34,629 nucleotides of DNA from a virus (IMGVR_UViG_3300045988_119421:1-34629); one strand, 5' to 3'; numbered from the stretch's first letter, positions 1 through 9,930 are shown. The notes: generated by a model not told the origin, from the sequence alone. Translations and numbers: made by a program.

Positions 1-22
1 GTGTGTGTGTGTGTGTGTGTGT
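1..22. repeat. (GT)11 dinucleotide tract at window edge
   Basis: The first 22 bases are uninterrupted GT repeats. Confidence 0.95.
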
Positions 23-96
23 ACAGCCACAAAGGTTTTAGCTTTTATCATATTATCATTCCTTTCTTTCTTATAAATTTTTATACGTACGAAAAA

Positions 97-453
97 TCAA
101 TCCTTAGCTTTGAAAGATACATTTGCAAAAATTGCCTTTCCAACTTCTGAACTTTCAACAGTAATCCAGCCACCAGATGAAATTCCAAAAACATTTGTAG
201 TGTGATTATCTTGATTTGTAATAGGATAATATGAAAACGACACAGGTCTAAATCCTTCAGGCAATTGACAAATATCTTTCGAAGTACCTGACTTTAAACT
301 TAATTTTAAAAAAACAATTCCATCAACTTTATTTATTGTATTATCTCCTGCTGAATTGTATGGAACCCAATTATTCAATAATTCGGGAAATGTAGCTGAA
401 ACAGCTTTTTGATTGTTTATCAACTTTTTTAATTTTTGATATGCATTAAACAC
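97..453 (-). CDS. hypothetical phage protein downstream of the fibre gene
   Basis: 118-aa ORF, co-directional with tail genes. Confidence 0.7.
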   Translation of the reverse strand: MFNAYQKLKKLINNQKAVSATFPELLNNWVPYNSAGDNTINKVDGIVFLKLSLKSGTSKDICQLPEGFRPVSFSYYPITNQDNHTTNVFGISSGGWITVESSEVGKAIFANVSFKAKD

Positions 454-889
454 TATACTCCCCCCTTACTACAAATTCAAAATATTCTCCTATTTCTGCT
501 CCCCAGTCTGTTGTAAGCTTTATTTGATTACTTACGGCATTTGCTTCTCCTACTTCTCTGTAATGTCCATCTGTTCCTGCATCATCTGAACTAATTGTTA
601 GTAGTTCTCCCATATAATACACATCTAAACAATGTGTTCCTACTTTATAATGGCAAGGCAATGTTATAGTTCCACCTTTGACTACATCTGCAGTTAGCTG
701 TAAAAAGTATTTGTGCTCTATATGTGAATTTATTTCTTCTTCAATGTTATTCTGCATATCGTTTAAGTTCTCTGCCGAAAGTGGTGTCTCTCCTTCATAT
801 ATTGCTTCTTCTACTTCTTGTTTCGTTTCGCCATTCATAAAGTATCCTTTACTTTTCAATGTTCCGTTTTTAAATACTTTCTTTTTCAT
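446..889 (-). CDS. hypothetical phage tail/fibre-associated protein
   Basis: 147-aa ORF, overlaps its neighbours by a few bases in the late operon. Confidence 0.75.
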   Translation of the reverse strand: MKKKVFKNGTLKSKGYFMNGETKQEVEEAIYEGETPLSAENLNDMQNNIEEEINSHIEHKYFLQLTADVVKGGTITLPCHYKVGTHCLDVYYMGELLTISSDDAGTDGHYREVGEANAVSNQIKLTTDWGAEIGEYFEFVVRGEYSV

Positions 890-2408
890 CTTCTAGCCTC
901 CAGTTTCTCAATTTTGCTTTGCAATTTATTAATTTGTTCTTGTTGCTCTTGAATTGCTTTAGATAATGTTGCTATTATAGGCAACTCATTAATATAATAT
1001 CTTTCTTCTATTTTTCTTTTTGGGTCTGCTGGTCTCTTAATAACAAAATTAGGATCTATTTTCTCCATATCTTGTGCAATATAGCCTATGCTGTAATGTT
1101 TTCCATCATCTTTTTTATCAAATTCTTTATGTTTAATTTTTTTGATTATATCTAAAGCACATGCACTACTATTTTTTATATTCTTCTTTATTTTTTTATC
1201 TGATGAAATATTATTAGCATATACATTTCCGTCAACATCTAGGTCGGCACCATGAATTTGTACCATACTAGAAGGGTACATTGATATAGTTGCTTTTTTA
1301 TTAGCAGTTCCTAAAAATATAGTTCCGCCAGCTACATGCAAATCTCCATTATCAGTCTGTAAAACATAGTTTTCTTTACCTACCTTAAAAGAATAACTTC
1401 CGACCAGAATTTTTAAAAAATTCAACAGCATTCAATATGTTGATTTTTGGTGTATTGCTATCATATAAATTTTCTGGAACGATCTGTAATAGAATATTTC
1501 TAGTTTCTGTATCTATAAAATTTATTTCTCCAGCTAATCCACAAACAATTTTAACATTTCCAGAAATTATACCACTTGTGTCTCCAGCAAGAACTAAATC
1601 ACATGCAGTTAATACTAATTGACCACTAAAATCTCCTGCATTTTTGCTAGCCATTTTAAAATCTTTAACGAAAAGTATTGGCCAAAACTTCCCATCACTT
1701 TGAGTCGTCATCCCCCACGCCATTCCATCTTCTATATTTTGACTATACTCCCCGTGGAACAGCAAAAGCTATAAATCTATTTTCTCCAACTTTTTGAACA
1801 CCCATATTAGCAAATATTGTTTCACTATCGTAAAAGTGCTGCCCTGTTTTATCCAAAGACATCAATACTTTTTTATTGTCATCTAATATTGCTAAACTTG
1901 CATTTTGATTTATAATCATCATTTGAATAAATTCAGCAATTTTGTTCCAAGCGACTTTAACAGCTTCTGAATTTATTTCCAAATATGTTGCAAATTCATT
2001 TTTATCTAATTTAGTGCTTGCCATTATTTCAATTTTTCTGGAGGTTTGTTCTATTCCTGTTTTAAACTCTGATTTAGTTGTATACATATCAGTGAAATCA
2101 TTTTTTACAATGTATTCTGCATAAAATTTGTTTCCTACCATATCGATTAAGTAGATATAATTGTCGCCTTCAAATAACTCAATATTTATGTTTTCTAAAG
2201 GTTCTTTTATAGGTTCTTCTAGTTCTTCTAACACATAGAACTCTGTTAGCTTTAGCCTACGTAAAACATAATCTTCGTCTTTTGTTATGACTAAACTGTC
2301 ATATACGTCGCCTTTAAATCGTAGCTCTTCAATGTCTATTATGTACTCTTTTTTATCTGCAGACGGATTAGTTCTACTTTGTTTATCTACTACTATTTTA
2401 TATTTCAT
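886..2408 (-). CDS. tail fibre/tip protein with C-terminal intramolecular chaperone (peptidase S74-like); needs two +1 shifts
   Basis: ORFs 1743..2408, 1385..1765 and 886..1431 join into one ~506-aa protein by skipping the C of in-frame CGG at 1752-1754 and again at 1400-1402. C-terminus SDKKIKKNIKNS...HYSIGYIAQDMEKIDP resembles endosialidase-type chaperone domains. Confidence 0.85.
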
Positions 2409-2411
2409 ATA

Positions 2412-3723
2412 CTACCCTCCCCTTTGATTTGGCTGTAGTCCTGCTCTTGGAAACAAATTTGCTCTTGGGAACATATTCGATTCATAAGTCTTATTTCCTT
2501 GCACCTCTAGTCTTAATATATCAGCTTGTCCTGCATCTTTAATATGTATCTCACTTACTCCATCAGTTTCTCTCTTATATTCTGCTGTATTAGATACAGT
2601 TTGCTTTATTGCATTGATATCTTGCTCTTGTTGAGTTAGTTTTGTTTCGTGTTCAGTAGTTTGCTCTGCTAGTTGAGTTATTTTTCCATCTATTTGATTT
2701 ATGCTTGACTGAACCCTTCTGTTTATGATTTTCTGTGATGGTGTTCTAGTGGTTGTTTCTTCTTTTGATTTACATTGTATTTTGCTTTCAATACTTGCAA
2801 TCCAACGCCCTGAAAATTGCATTGAACCTTGATATATTACATTTTTGCCATCTATAACGATGACATCTCCTGTATCTAACGCTGGATCTATTATGCTTTC
2901 GCCTTCAAAACTATAAAATTCTAAGTCTTTTAAGGCATTGTAAATATTATCGATTTGCTCTTGATCAACTATGTACATATTGTCTTGACTAATATAAACT
3001 GTATTGCCTGTTGTGTCTCCTTTTTCAAATAGTTGTATTCCATCATCATACCTTACACGTGTTATTTTGAATTTTTCTCCCCATTTAAAAGTCTTAAATA
3101 ACTTTAATGGAAGTGTAACTGAACTTTCTCCAATTGTTTTTATATATAGTTTTCCATCTCTACCTATTACTGCTATTCCACCAGCTTGTTCTGCTATGTA
3201 ACTTAAATAAGTTCTTGCTGATACTGTATTGTCATACACTGCTATCTCTTTATTCATGTTCAAAAAAGAAGTAGAACCGAAGTTCTACTCCTGCTTTTGT
3301 ACATAAGTCTTGTAGTACCTGTATTATTTTTGCTTTTCCATTATTATTGTCTATCAATGTTTTGCCGTTATAATTAAACTCAAATTTAATCATATTGTCG
3401 CGTAGCTTTAATGTTACTGTATAATCATCATCTTTACTTATTTCATCTAAATTAAACATTCCAATTGGTACTACTTCGCCTGTTATTCCGCTTTTTATTT
3501 CTATTCTATTGATAATTGATGGTACTGCTGATTTGTATAGCTTTAACTCTATGCTTTGTGCTTCCACACAACCAAGAACAAATTCATCACTCGAAAAAGC
3601 TTTTTTCGAAGGCTTACAGTCTAATACATATTTAGGATTTATTTCTTCATCATTTATATATACTTTTAATAAATGAGTTACATTGTATATTTTAGACTTA
3701 TAGTTATCACTCGTATCATACAT
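2412..3723 (-). CDS. phage tail protein with +1 shift
   Basis: ORFs 3250..3723 and 2412..3263 join at CTT C|GGT (CGG 3277-3279) to give ...LCTKAGVEL-G-STSFLNMNKEIAVYDNTVSARTYLSYIAEQAGGIAVIGRDGKLY..., ~436 aa. Confidence 0.85.
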
Positions 3724-4145
3724 TAACTATTTGCCTCCTCTACTGCTGTTTTTTGCGCTTGTGTTAATTCTTTTTGCATTAAATTAAAAGAGCACTTCCA
3801 TTTTGTTTTGGAAGTACTCTTTTCTTTTTCTGTACTTATCATTTCGACTTTTCTTTTTGATACTCTAAACTTTGCATTTTCTAAAAAACCTCCATTTACT
3901 ACTGGAACTTTAACATCCAATATAAATGGGTTTTTATATGTCTTTTGTATAAGTTGTTCTGCTTCTTCTTCTGTGTTAAAATCCCATGACATAGAAAGCT
4001 TTAACATTCCTACAGCTATGGGATTATCTATTAAAGAACCATCAACAATAGAAGAATAACTGTCTTTGTCTGTATCTTCTATGTCTGCACTATACGTTGA
4101 CGGTGTTGGTAAATTTTCTGTTTTTCCATGTTCTCTCCATAACAT
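3723..4145 (-). CDS. phage tail component, downstream of tape measure
   Basis: 140-aa ORF between tape measure and tail protein. Confidence 0.75.
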   Translation of the reverse strand: MLWREHGKTENLPTPSTYSADIEDTDKDSYSSIVDGSLIDNPIAVGMLKLSMSWDFNTEEEAEQLIQKTYKNPFILDVKVPVVNGGFLENAKFRVSKRKVEMISTEKEKSTSKTKWKCSFNLMQKELTQAQKTAVEEANS

Positions 4146-4149
4146 AATT

Positions 4150-6894
4150 TTATCCTCCTACTAATGCTTCTATATCTTTCCCTGATTGTCTTTTCATGTC
4201 TCTTAAATTGTCCAATAATATTTGTCCTAGTTTTGCATTTCCTACATTTACTGTTAAATAAATTGGTTTATTGTTTTCATTTTCTTTATATGCTATATCA
4301 CTTAAAGCATCCAACATATTATTAGCCTCAACATTTACAGGTTTTATTGTTGGATTTGTTGTTAAAGGAATACCTGTTACCGCTTCCGTATTTATTGTAT
4401 AAGACATTGTTCCTGCTAAATTCTCCATTTCATTCTTTATCTTATTAGTATTTGACTTTATTCCACTAACCATTAAATCAATCATGTCTGGCATATATGT
4501 ATGGAAATTACTCAAAGGTCCTTCGTCTGGTTCTGTGAAGTGTAAGAAACTTTTTATTTTATTTGCAACTGATGTAACTGCATTTGTTACTTTATGAATA
4601 TTGTTTTTTATTCCTGTTGCCATATTTGTAGCCAAATCTTTTCCCCATGTAGATGCATTTCTTCCTAAGTTGGTAAATGTATTTTTTACATTACTTCCCC
4701 AATTTACTACCGTTGTTTTAGCATTATTAAGTCCTGTTGAAATATTATTTCTTAAAGTAGTTACTTTTTCTCTTACTGTATTTGAAGCATTTATCCAGCA
4801 TTCACTAACTTTTGTTTTTACATTGTTTCCCCAATTTGACACATTATTTTTTATTTCCGTGAACATCTTAGTTATATTATTTTTTAAATCGATAAATGGC
4901 TGTTTTACTTTGTCCCATATTCCTAATAATCCATTTTTTAAACCTTCTATAATAAAGCGTCCTTGTTCTTCCATCACAGTTGATGGTGAATGTATTCCAA
5001 ATGCATTTTTGAATCCATCTATAAATGGCTTGAATACGTTGTCATATATCCATTGTCCTATTCCAGCAATAGCATCTCCTATTCCTTTTAATATTCCTAG
5101 TATTACATTTCCACCACATTCTTCTATCTTGCCTCTAAAATATTCCACAGCTGAGTTACATATATTTGAAATAACTGTACCTACATTTATTATTGCTCCT
5201 ATAACAGATACTTTTATTATTGCTGCTCCTAATATTTCAAAAATCCTTTTGGCAACTCCAGACCAATCAATGTTGCCTAAACACTCCGCAATTTTGTTTG
5301 GAAATTTTTGAAAATCGTATTGTTCAATAAAAACAACTATTACATCTAACAAACCTTTTGTGAAATCTCCTATTGTTTTGCCACAGGTTTGCCAATCAAA
5401 ATTATCTAAAAATCCATTTATTCCATCTACTATGCTTTGCCCAAATTGTTTCCAGTCAAATGTTGTTACAAAAGTATAAGCAAAATATATAGCTGTATTT
5501 AATCCTTGTGCAAACGTATTACCAACTTGATTCCAATTTGTTGTTCCAATAAACCCATTTAAAGTTTTGGCTATTCCAGAAGCTATATTTCTAGACGTAT
5601 TTTGAATTTTATCCCAAGGAATTTTAGACATAGCATTGTTTAATTTTTCGCCTAACATCTTTCCAATTTCATTCCAATTACCATTCTTAATAGCATCTAT
5701 TATTTTATTTGGTGTTTTGTCTACTTCTGATAAATCTATATTAGGTGTTCCACTAGTATTACTTTTTTTGTTATCTGAAACATTGTTTATTTCACTATGT
5801 ACACTACTTAGTGATTTACTTGTTTGTTTTGCACTACCTGATGCATTCTTCATTGATGAAGCTGTAGCTTTTGCAAATATATTTACTCCACTAAACGCAT
5901 ATACTAGACTTTGCACTGCCTTCATCAAGCTATAAACCAGATTAGTTACATATTGTATTACTGGTGCAAATACACTGCCCATAGCATATTTCATATACTC
6001 TATATTTGCACTTAACTGTTTAGCCTGTGAATTTTGACTAGACAACCAAGCATTAGCACTACCACTCAATGCTGAATATATACTTCTCAAACTAAAGAGA
6101 GCTGTAGCATATTTCAAAACATTTCCTAGGCCACTCTTTAATCCTGCTCCCATTCCTTTTATGTTATTATAAATATTTTGAGTAACCTTTGGTAAGCTTT
6201 TAAAACTATTCTTCATATTTGACATATTATTTTTTACTTGTTCCGTCTTCTGTTTAAACACACCAAAAAAACTACTCAATTTATTTTGAGTAGTTGAAGT
6301 CTGATTTATTTCTTGTTTGAGTTGACTCATTTTGTTTTTCGCTTCGCTAAGTTGTTTATTATATATTTCTATTTCTGTATACAACTTTTGTGCTTGACTA
6401 TTTAATGACGTAAAACCTTTATTTGATTCTAATGCATTATTAACTGTTGTATCCATTGCTTTATCGTTAGGGTTTATCCCCTCGGGTGTTACACTTTTTC
6501 TAGTATCATCCACAATTTTATCAATCTGAGGATTTATTACGTTTAATTTCATTTGTCGCCCAGTTATTTTCTTTTGTAGACTATCTATTTCTTTTTCTAT
6601 TTGTGTTATTTGTTTTTTTGCGTCTTGATTATTTACTTTTATTGATAGTTCATTATTTCTAGAACTCTTTTTTAAGTCTTGCATTTTTTTCTTCATAAAG
6701 TTTACTGCTTGATGTAATTTATTCGTCATTACTTTAGTATCTACTTTAGAGAAGGCTTCTTGTGCTTGTTTAACTGATTTTTGAATTGTTGGTGCTATTT
6801 CTTTAAATTTTTGCAAGGCTTCTTCTACTTTTGCAGTTACTATAATTTCAATTTCTTCAATAGTCATTTTTTCACCTTCTTTCTTTTTGAGCAC
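4150..6894 (-). CDS. tape measure protein
   Basis: 914-aa ORF, coiled-coil N-terminus, hydrophobic segment, repeated WNNV/NIK-type regions, position downstream of the gpG/GT chaperone. Confidence 0.9.
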   Translation of the reverse strand: MLKKKEGEKMTIEEIEIIVTAKVEEALQKFKEIAPTIQKSVKQAQEAFSKVDTKVMTNKLHQAVNFMKKKMQDLKKSSRNNELSIKVNNQDAKKQITQIEKEIDSLQKKITGRQMKLNVINPQIDKIVDDTRKSVTPEGINPNDKAMDTTVNNALESNKGFTSLNSQAQKLYTEIEIYNKQLSEAKNKMSQLKQEINQTSTTQNKLSSFFGVFKQKTEQVKNNMSNMKNSFKSLPKVTQNIYNNIKGMGAGLKSGLGNVLKYATALFSLRSIYSALSGSANAWLSSQNSQAKQLSANIEYMKYAMGSVFAPVIQYVTNLVYSLMKAVQSLVYAFSGVNIFAKATASSMKNASGSAKQTSKSLSSVHSEINNVSDNKKSNTSGTPNIDLSEVDKTPNKIIDAIKNGNWNEIGKMLGEKLNNAMSKIPWDKIQNTSRNIASGIAKTLNGFIGTTNWNQVGNTFAQGLNTAIYFAYTFVTTFDWKQFGQSIVDGINGFLDNFDWQTCGKTIGDFTKGLLDVIVVFIEQYDFQKFPNKIAECLGNIDWSGVAKRIFEILGAAIIKVSVIGAIINVGTVISNICNSAVEYFRGKIEECGGNVILGILKGIGDAIAGIGQWIYDNVFKPFIDGFKNAFGIHSPSTVMEEQGRFIIEGLKNGLLGIWDKVKQPFIDLKNNITKMFTEIKNNVSNWGNNVKTKVSECWINASNTVREKVTTLRNNISTGLNNAKTTVVNWGSNVKNTFTNLGRNASTWGKDLATNMATGIKNNIHKVTNAVTSVANKIKSFLHFTEPDEGPLSNFHTYMPDMIDLMVSGIKSNTNKIKNEMENLAGTMSYTINTEAVTGIPLTTNPTIKPVNVEANNMLDALSDIAYKENENNKPIYLTVNVGNAKLGQILLDNLRDMKRQSGKDIEALVGG

Positions 6895-6897
6895 AAT

Positions 6898-6931
6898 AAA
6901 AAAGCACCTACTTAAATAGGAGCTTTTTGTA
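6898..6931. terminator. terminator-like hairpin between moron-like gene and tape measure gene
   Basis: AAAAAGCACCTA-CTTAAA-TAGGAGCTTTTT: complementary arms flanked by A and T tracts. Confidence 0.65.
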
Positions 6932-6943
6932 TCTAATATTTTT

Positions 6944-7576
6944 TTATAATTCTATTTCATACACAGCTGTTGGATTTCCATTAAACATATTGTCGAAGAA
7001 TTGTAATTTTATTTTTTTACTTGTGTTATTTACTCCAAAAGCCATTTGTGCTTTACAAGTAGTTCCTGCAGTTATGCTTTGTGGATTTTTTGTATCTATA
7101 GGATATGTATATCCAATTTCGCCCTGTTCATCTATTACCTTGAAATTCATATCACTTACATATAGTCCATCTTCTGTTTTATCGCAAACATAGGTATAAT
7201 TGATTAAAAATACTTGTTTAGGTTTTTCATCAGCAAACTCATTTCTATCTTTAGTTTCTTTTATTTCTGTTATTTGTAAGGTGTATTCTTCTGTTCCGCT
7301 TTTTACTGTTATCGTATCTCCTATATTGCATTTTTTTACATCATTTCCAGATGATGTGGTTGTAGTAACATTGTTATTTCCTCCTGAAAATAAAACCACA
7401 AAGCTTATTATTGCTAAAACAGTTCCTGCAATGCTCATTTTCTTATTCTTTTTCTTAGCTAAAGCTATGATTCCAAGTACAATTGCTAACACTGCTAAAA
7501 TTAATGATACATCTTTAAAAATACTGAATGAAACTAAAAAAGCTATAATTCCTAGTATTAGTGAAGCTATTCCCAT
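6944..7576 (-). CDS. membrane-anchored protein: N-terminal TM helices plus extracellular DUF4352-like domain; candidate moron
   Basis: 210 aa: hydrophobic MGIASLILGIIAFLVSFSIF...IALAKKKNKKMSIAGTVLAIISFVVLFSGG, then a DUF4352-like ...IGDTITVKSGTEEYTLQITEIK... region, inserted between tail chaperone and tape measure genes. Confidence 0.75.
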   Translation of the reverse strand: MGIASLILGIIAFLVSFSIFKDVSLILAVLAIVLGIIALAKKKNKKMSIAGTVLAIISFVVLFSGGNNNVTTTTSSGNDVKKCNIGDTITVKSGTEEYTLQITEIKETKDRNEFADEKPKQVFLINYTYVCDKTEDGLYVSDMNFKVIDEQGEIGYTYPIDTKNPQSITAGTTCKAQMAFGVNNTSKKIKLQFFDNMFNGNPTAVYEIEL

Positions 7577-7644
7577 AATATTTCCTCCTTTTATTTAATA
7601 TAAAAAGAGTATACTACAAACAGTGTTATAAATCAATAGGTTAA

Positions 7645-7686
7645 ATTATACTTTTTATCGACATTTTTCGACATATTTTGTCGAAA
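7645..7686 (-). promoter_or_regulatory. candidate promoter and operator for the 6944..7576 gene
   Basis: Minus-strand TATAAT (plus 7645-7650) preceded by three TCGACA/TGTCGA half-sites, including perfect inverted repeat TTTCGACA-TATTT-TGTCGAAA at 7666-7686. Confidence 0.5.
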
Positions 7687-8468
7687 TTATCCTTTAAACA
7701 ATTTTCTTTGTTCTTCTAAAGTTTGAACTTCATCTTTTTCTTTAAAAAGCTCCTTATAACTATCTCTAATAAGTACTATTTTTGCATTTTGATTCATACA
7801 ATCACCTGCAATAAGTTTATTTGTAACCGCTTCTTGTAAATTGATTTCTTTTCTTAATTCATCTATTTGTTTAGTTAAGTGTGTTTGACAGTATATATTT
7901 ATTTCTGAATATCTACTATTCCAGAACTCATATGGTTTCATATCGAAATAATACGCCAATGGCTCCATAGAGTATATTAAGTCTACAATGTTTTTTGATT
8001 CTTTTATTGCTTTTATTATTTCATCTATACCATCGAAAGAATTTGTTCTTCTGTTATTTTGTTTATAACTTTCTCTGCTGATTTCTGAACTAATTCGTTC
8101 ATATCTGTTTCTGATAAAGGATTTGACATCATTTCTTTTAATTCTTTCTTTGTCATCCTTTTCTTGAAAAAACCCTCTTCATTCAATGCCTCTGCTATCT
8201 TTCCGTATAAATCGCTTACACTTATTCCTTCTATTCTACATTCATCTATAAAGTCATATACTTCATCAGATGATACAAATACATTTTTTCCCTCATCGTT
8301 TTCTGCTAGTTTAAATATTATTTTTGATAATGCTTCCATATCTAATATAGAATAGGCTTTTTTAAATACTTCTTCAAAATTCTTATTTTTTAGTAGATTA
8401 GCTATTTCTACTATTTTTCTTGTTTTTAGTACTAAATTAATTGTTTTATTTTTTGTTTCTATAATCAT
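7687..8468 (-). CDS. tail assembly chaperone gpGT-like -1 frameshift product
   Basis: The -1 frame from slippery GGGTTTTTTC (8166-8175) is open through ...DGIDEIIKAIKESKNIVDLIYSMEPLAYYFDMKPYEFW... to the stop at 7687. Confidence 0.8.
8025..8468 (-). CDS. tail assembly chaperone gpG-like zero-frame product
   Basis: 147-aa ORF between major tail protein and tape measure. Confidence 0.85.
   Translation of the reverse strand: MIIETKNKTINLVLKTRKIVEIANLLKNKNFEEVFKKAYSILDMEALSKIIFKLAENDEGKNVFVSSDEVYDFIDECRIEGISVSDLYGKIAEALNEEGFFKKRMTKKELKEMMSNPLSETDMNELVQKSAEKVINKITEEQILSMV
8166..8175 (-). promoter_or_regulatory. -1 ribosomal slippery sequence
   Basis: Minus strand GAG GGT TTT TTC AAG; both G GGT TTT and T TTT TTC fit X XXY YYZ, in the overlap of gpG and the gpT-like frame. 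Confidence 0.75.
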
Positions 8469-8491
8469 TTATTTTCTCTCCTTTGCAAAAG

Positions 8492-8515
8492 AGAGAAGAC
8501 TTTTCAGTCTTCTCT
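8492..8515 (-). terminator. terminator-like hairpin after the major tail protein gene
   Basis: Minus strand AGAGAAGACT-GAAA-AGTCTTCTCT followed by CTTTTG: perfect 10-bp stem, GAAA loop. Confidence 0.75.
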
Positions 8516-8517
8516 TA

Positions 8518-9003
8518 TTAAAATTTTGTTAAATCTCCCTCTACAGGATAGCCATCTGTTTCTACTACTTTTGATTCTTTATATACTCTCATAGTATCCT
8601 TTATAAAATCTCCATCGTTCATCTCTTGTCCCGCTATATCTACGGTGCATTTTACTGATTGAACTAATGGTTTATTGGCAACTGATGCTGTTGTCTCTGG
8701 ATATTCTAAGAATAAGAATATTGTTGTATCTGCATCAGCTATTGCTTGTATAGCTTTATGTGTTTCTTGTATAAACATCATTTCTATATCAGTAGTTTCT
8801 GCTTTTCTTTTTCCTTTAGCCATTCTTTCTTCTTCTAAATCTAATGCACTATATGTTTGTCCCTCTTTTAAAGTTTTTAATTGTCCCACTTTTTGTACAT
8901 AACCTATATCAATTTTATCTCCTGTTAGTGTTGTTGCATAAGACACCTTTGCTTTCATAGCAACTTGTGGTGTTGTTGTTTTTGGTGTTGCTTCATCTCC
9001 CAT
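8518..9003 (-). CDS. major tail tube protein
   Basis: 161-aa ORF (GDEATPKTTTPQVAMKAKVSYATTLTGDKIDIGYVQ...), position directly before the gpG-like gene. Confidence 0.8.
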   Translation of the reverse strand: MGDEATPKTTTPQVAMKAKVSYATTLTGDKIDIGYVQKVGQLKTLKEGQTYSALDLEEERMAKGKRKAETTDIEMMFIQETHKAIQAIADADTTIFLFLEYPETTASVANKPLVQSVKCTVDIAGQEMNDGDFIKDTMRVYKESKVVETDGYPVEGDLTKF

Positions 9004-9015
9004 TTTTAATTCCTC

Positions 9016-9408
9016 CTATCTTAAATTAAAAGAGTTCGTTATAGAATTATAACGAACTTCAAATGTTATTGTTATACCGTATTTTTGCAATATCTGATCA
9101 TATACTGCAGGACTGGTATTGGTCCTTATAAAATTGTATTCTTGAAGTTTTATATCAACTTCATCTGTCATTTGCATTGCTTGTCTTTGTTTTTCATTCC
9201 AACAAGTGATTGATATTTGAAATGTAGAACGAATGGGAAATGCGTTTTCTGTTAGATTTACTGATTTCAAAGGTGTATGCAATTCTAAACAAGGAAATTT
9301 GCTTGTAGTTGTTGGATTTGTTAATATTTGTTTATACTTTAATGGTTCTAGCTTTTCATATACTAAATCACTAAACTCTTTTATACTTAAATCTTTCATT
9401 TGCAACAC
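9016..9408 (-). CDS. tail completion/terminator-like protein
   Basis: 130 aa, conserved position between gp10-like and tail tube genes. Confidence 0.65.
   Translation of the reverse strand: MLQMKDLSIKEFSDLVYEKLEPLKYKQILTNPTTTSKFPCLELHTPLKSVNLTENAFPIRSTFQISITCWNEKQRQAMQMTDEVDIKLQEYNFIRTNTSPAVYDQILQKYGITITFEVRYNSITNSFNLR
9033..9058 (-). terminator. hairpin overlapping the 3' end of a CDS
   Basis: Minus strand AGTTCGTTATA-ATTC-TATAACGAACT, perfect 11-bp stem, followed by CTTTTAATTT. Confidence 0.6.
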
Positions 9409-9930
9409 TCCTTTATCATATCATCTAACTTCTTCTTAACTATTTCTACATTTTCATCTCTACTTTTGAAACTTGCATCTCCTATAAAATGATTTGCTTT
9501 AGTCCCATGAGCTATGTAAAAGTCCATTCCTTTTATATTTATAACTGGATACGGTAATGCTCTATCCACTTTATTTACTGGAATGAACCACTCAGTAAAT
9601 CCACTTTCAATAAAATGTTGTGACTTTCCTACGTGTTCCATTTCAGCATTAGAGCCTGTGCCAAAGTATTCAAAAAACAAATAGGATACTCCATTTGCCA
9701 TAAATTTAGAAGGGTCAGCAAAAACCCTTCCTTTCACTTCTTTGGTTGACATATCAATCATTTCGACTAATATTCCTTCTTCGTTATGACCGTTTTTCTA
9801 ATTTTATAGCGTATCCTCTAATGTTTTTTAGGATTTCTTCTACACTGTTACTTATCGTCTGTGGTAATTTTTGAATTACAGCATTTATGTTTTTGAAATT
9901 ATGTTTAACTTTAATTTCGCAACTTATCAT
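9396..9930 (-). CDS. HK97 gp10-like head-tail protein with +1 shift
   Basis: The unlisted short ORF 9784..9930 (MISCEIKVKHNFKNINAVIQKLPQTISNSVEEILKNIRGYAIKLEKRS*) joins the frame of 9396..9761 at AAA C|GGT (CGG 9790-9792), giving ...IKLEK-G-HNEEGILVEMIDMSTKEVKGRVFADPSKF..., ~177 aa. Confidence 0.85.

Noticed and set aside
886-2408. Fibre gene region as a degenerate pseudogene or as separate small genes
   Set aside because: Both breaks are the same +1 C|GGN event seen in seven other places, and the surrounding frames are otherwise clean.
4601-5311. 236-aa plus-strand ORF
   Set aside because: Antisense shadow of the tape measure gene; low-complexity hydrophobic translation and no independent start context.
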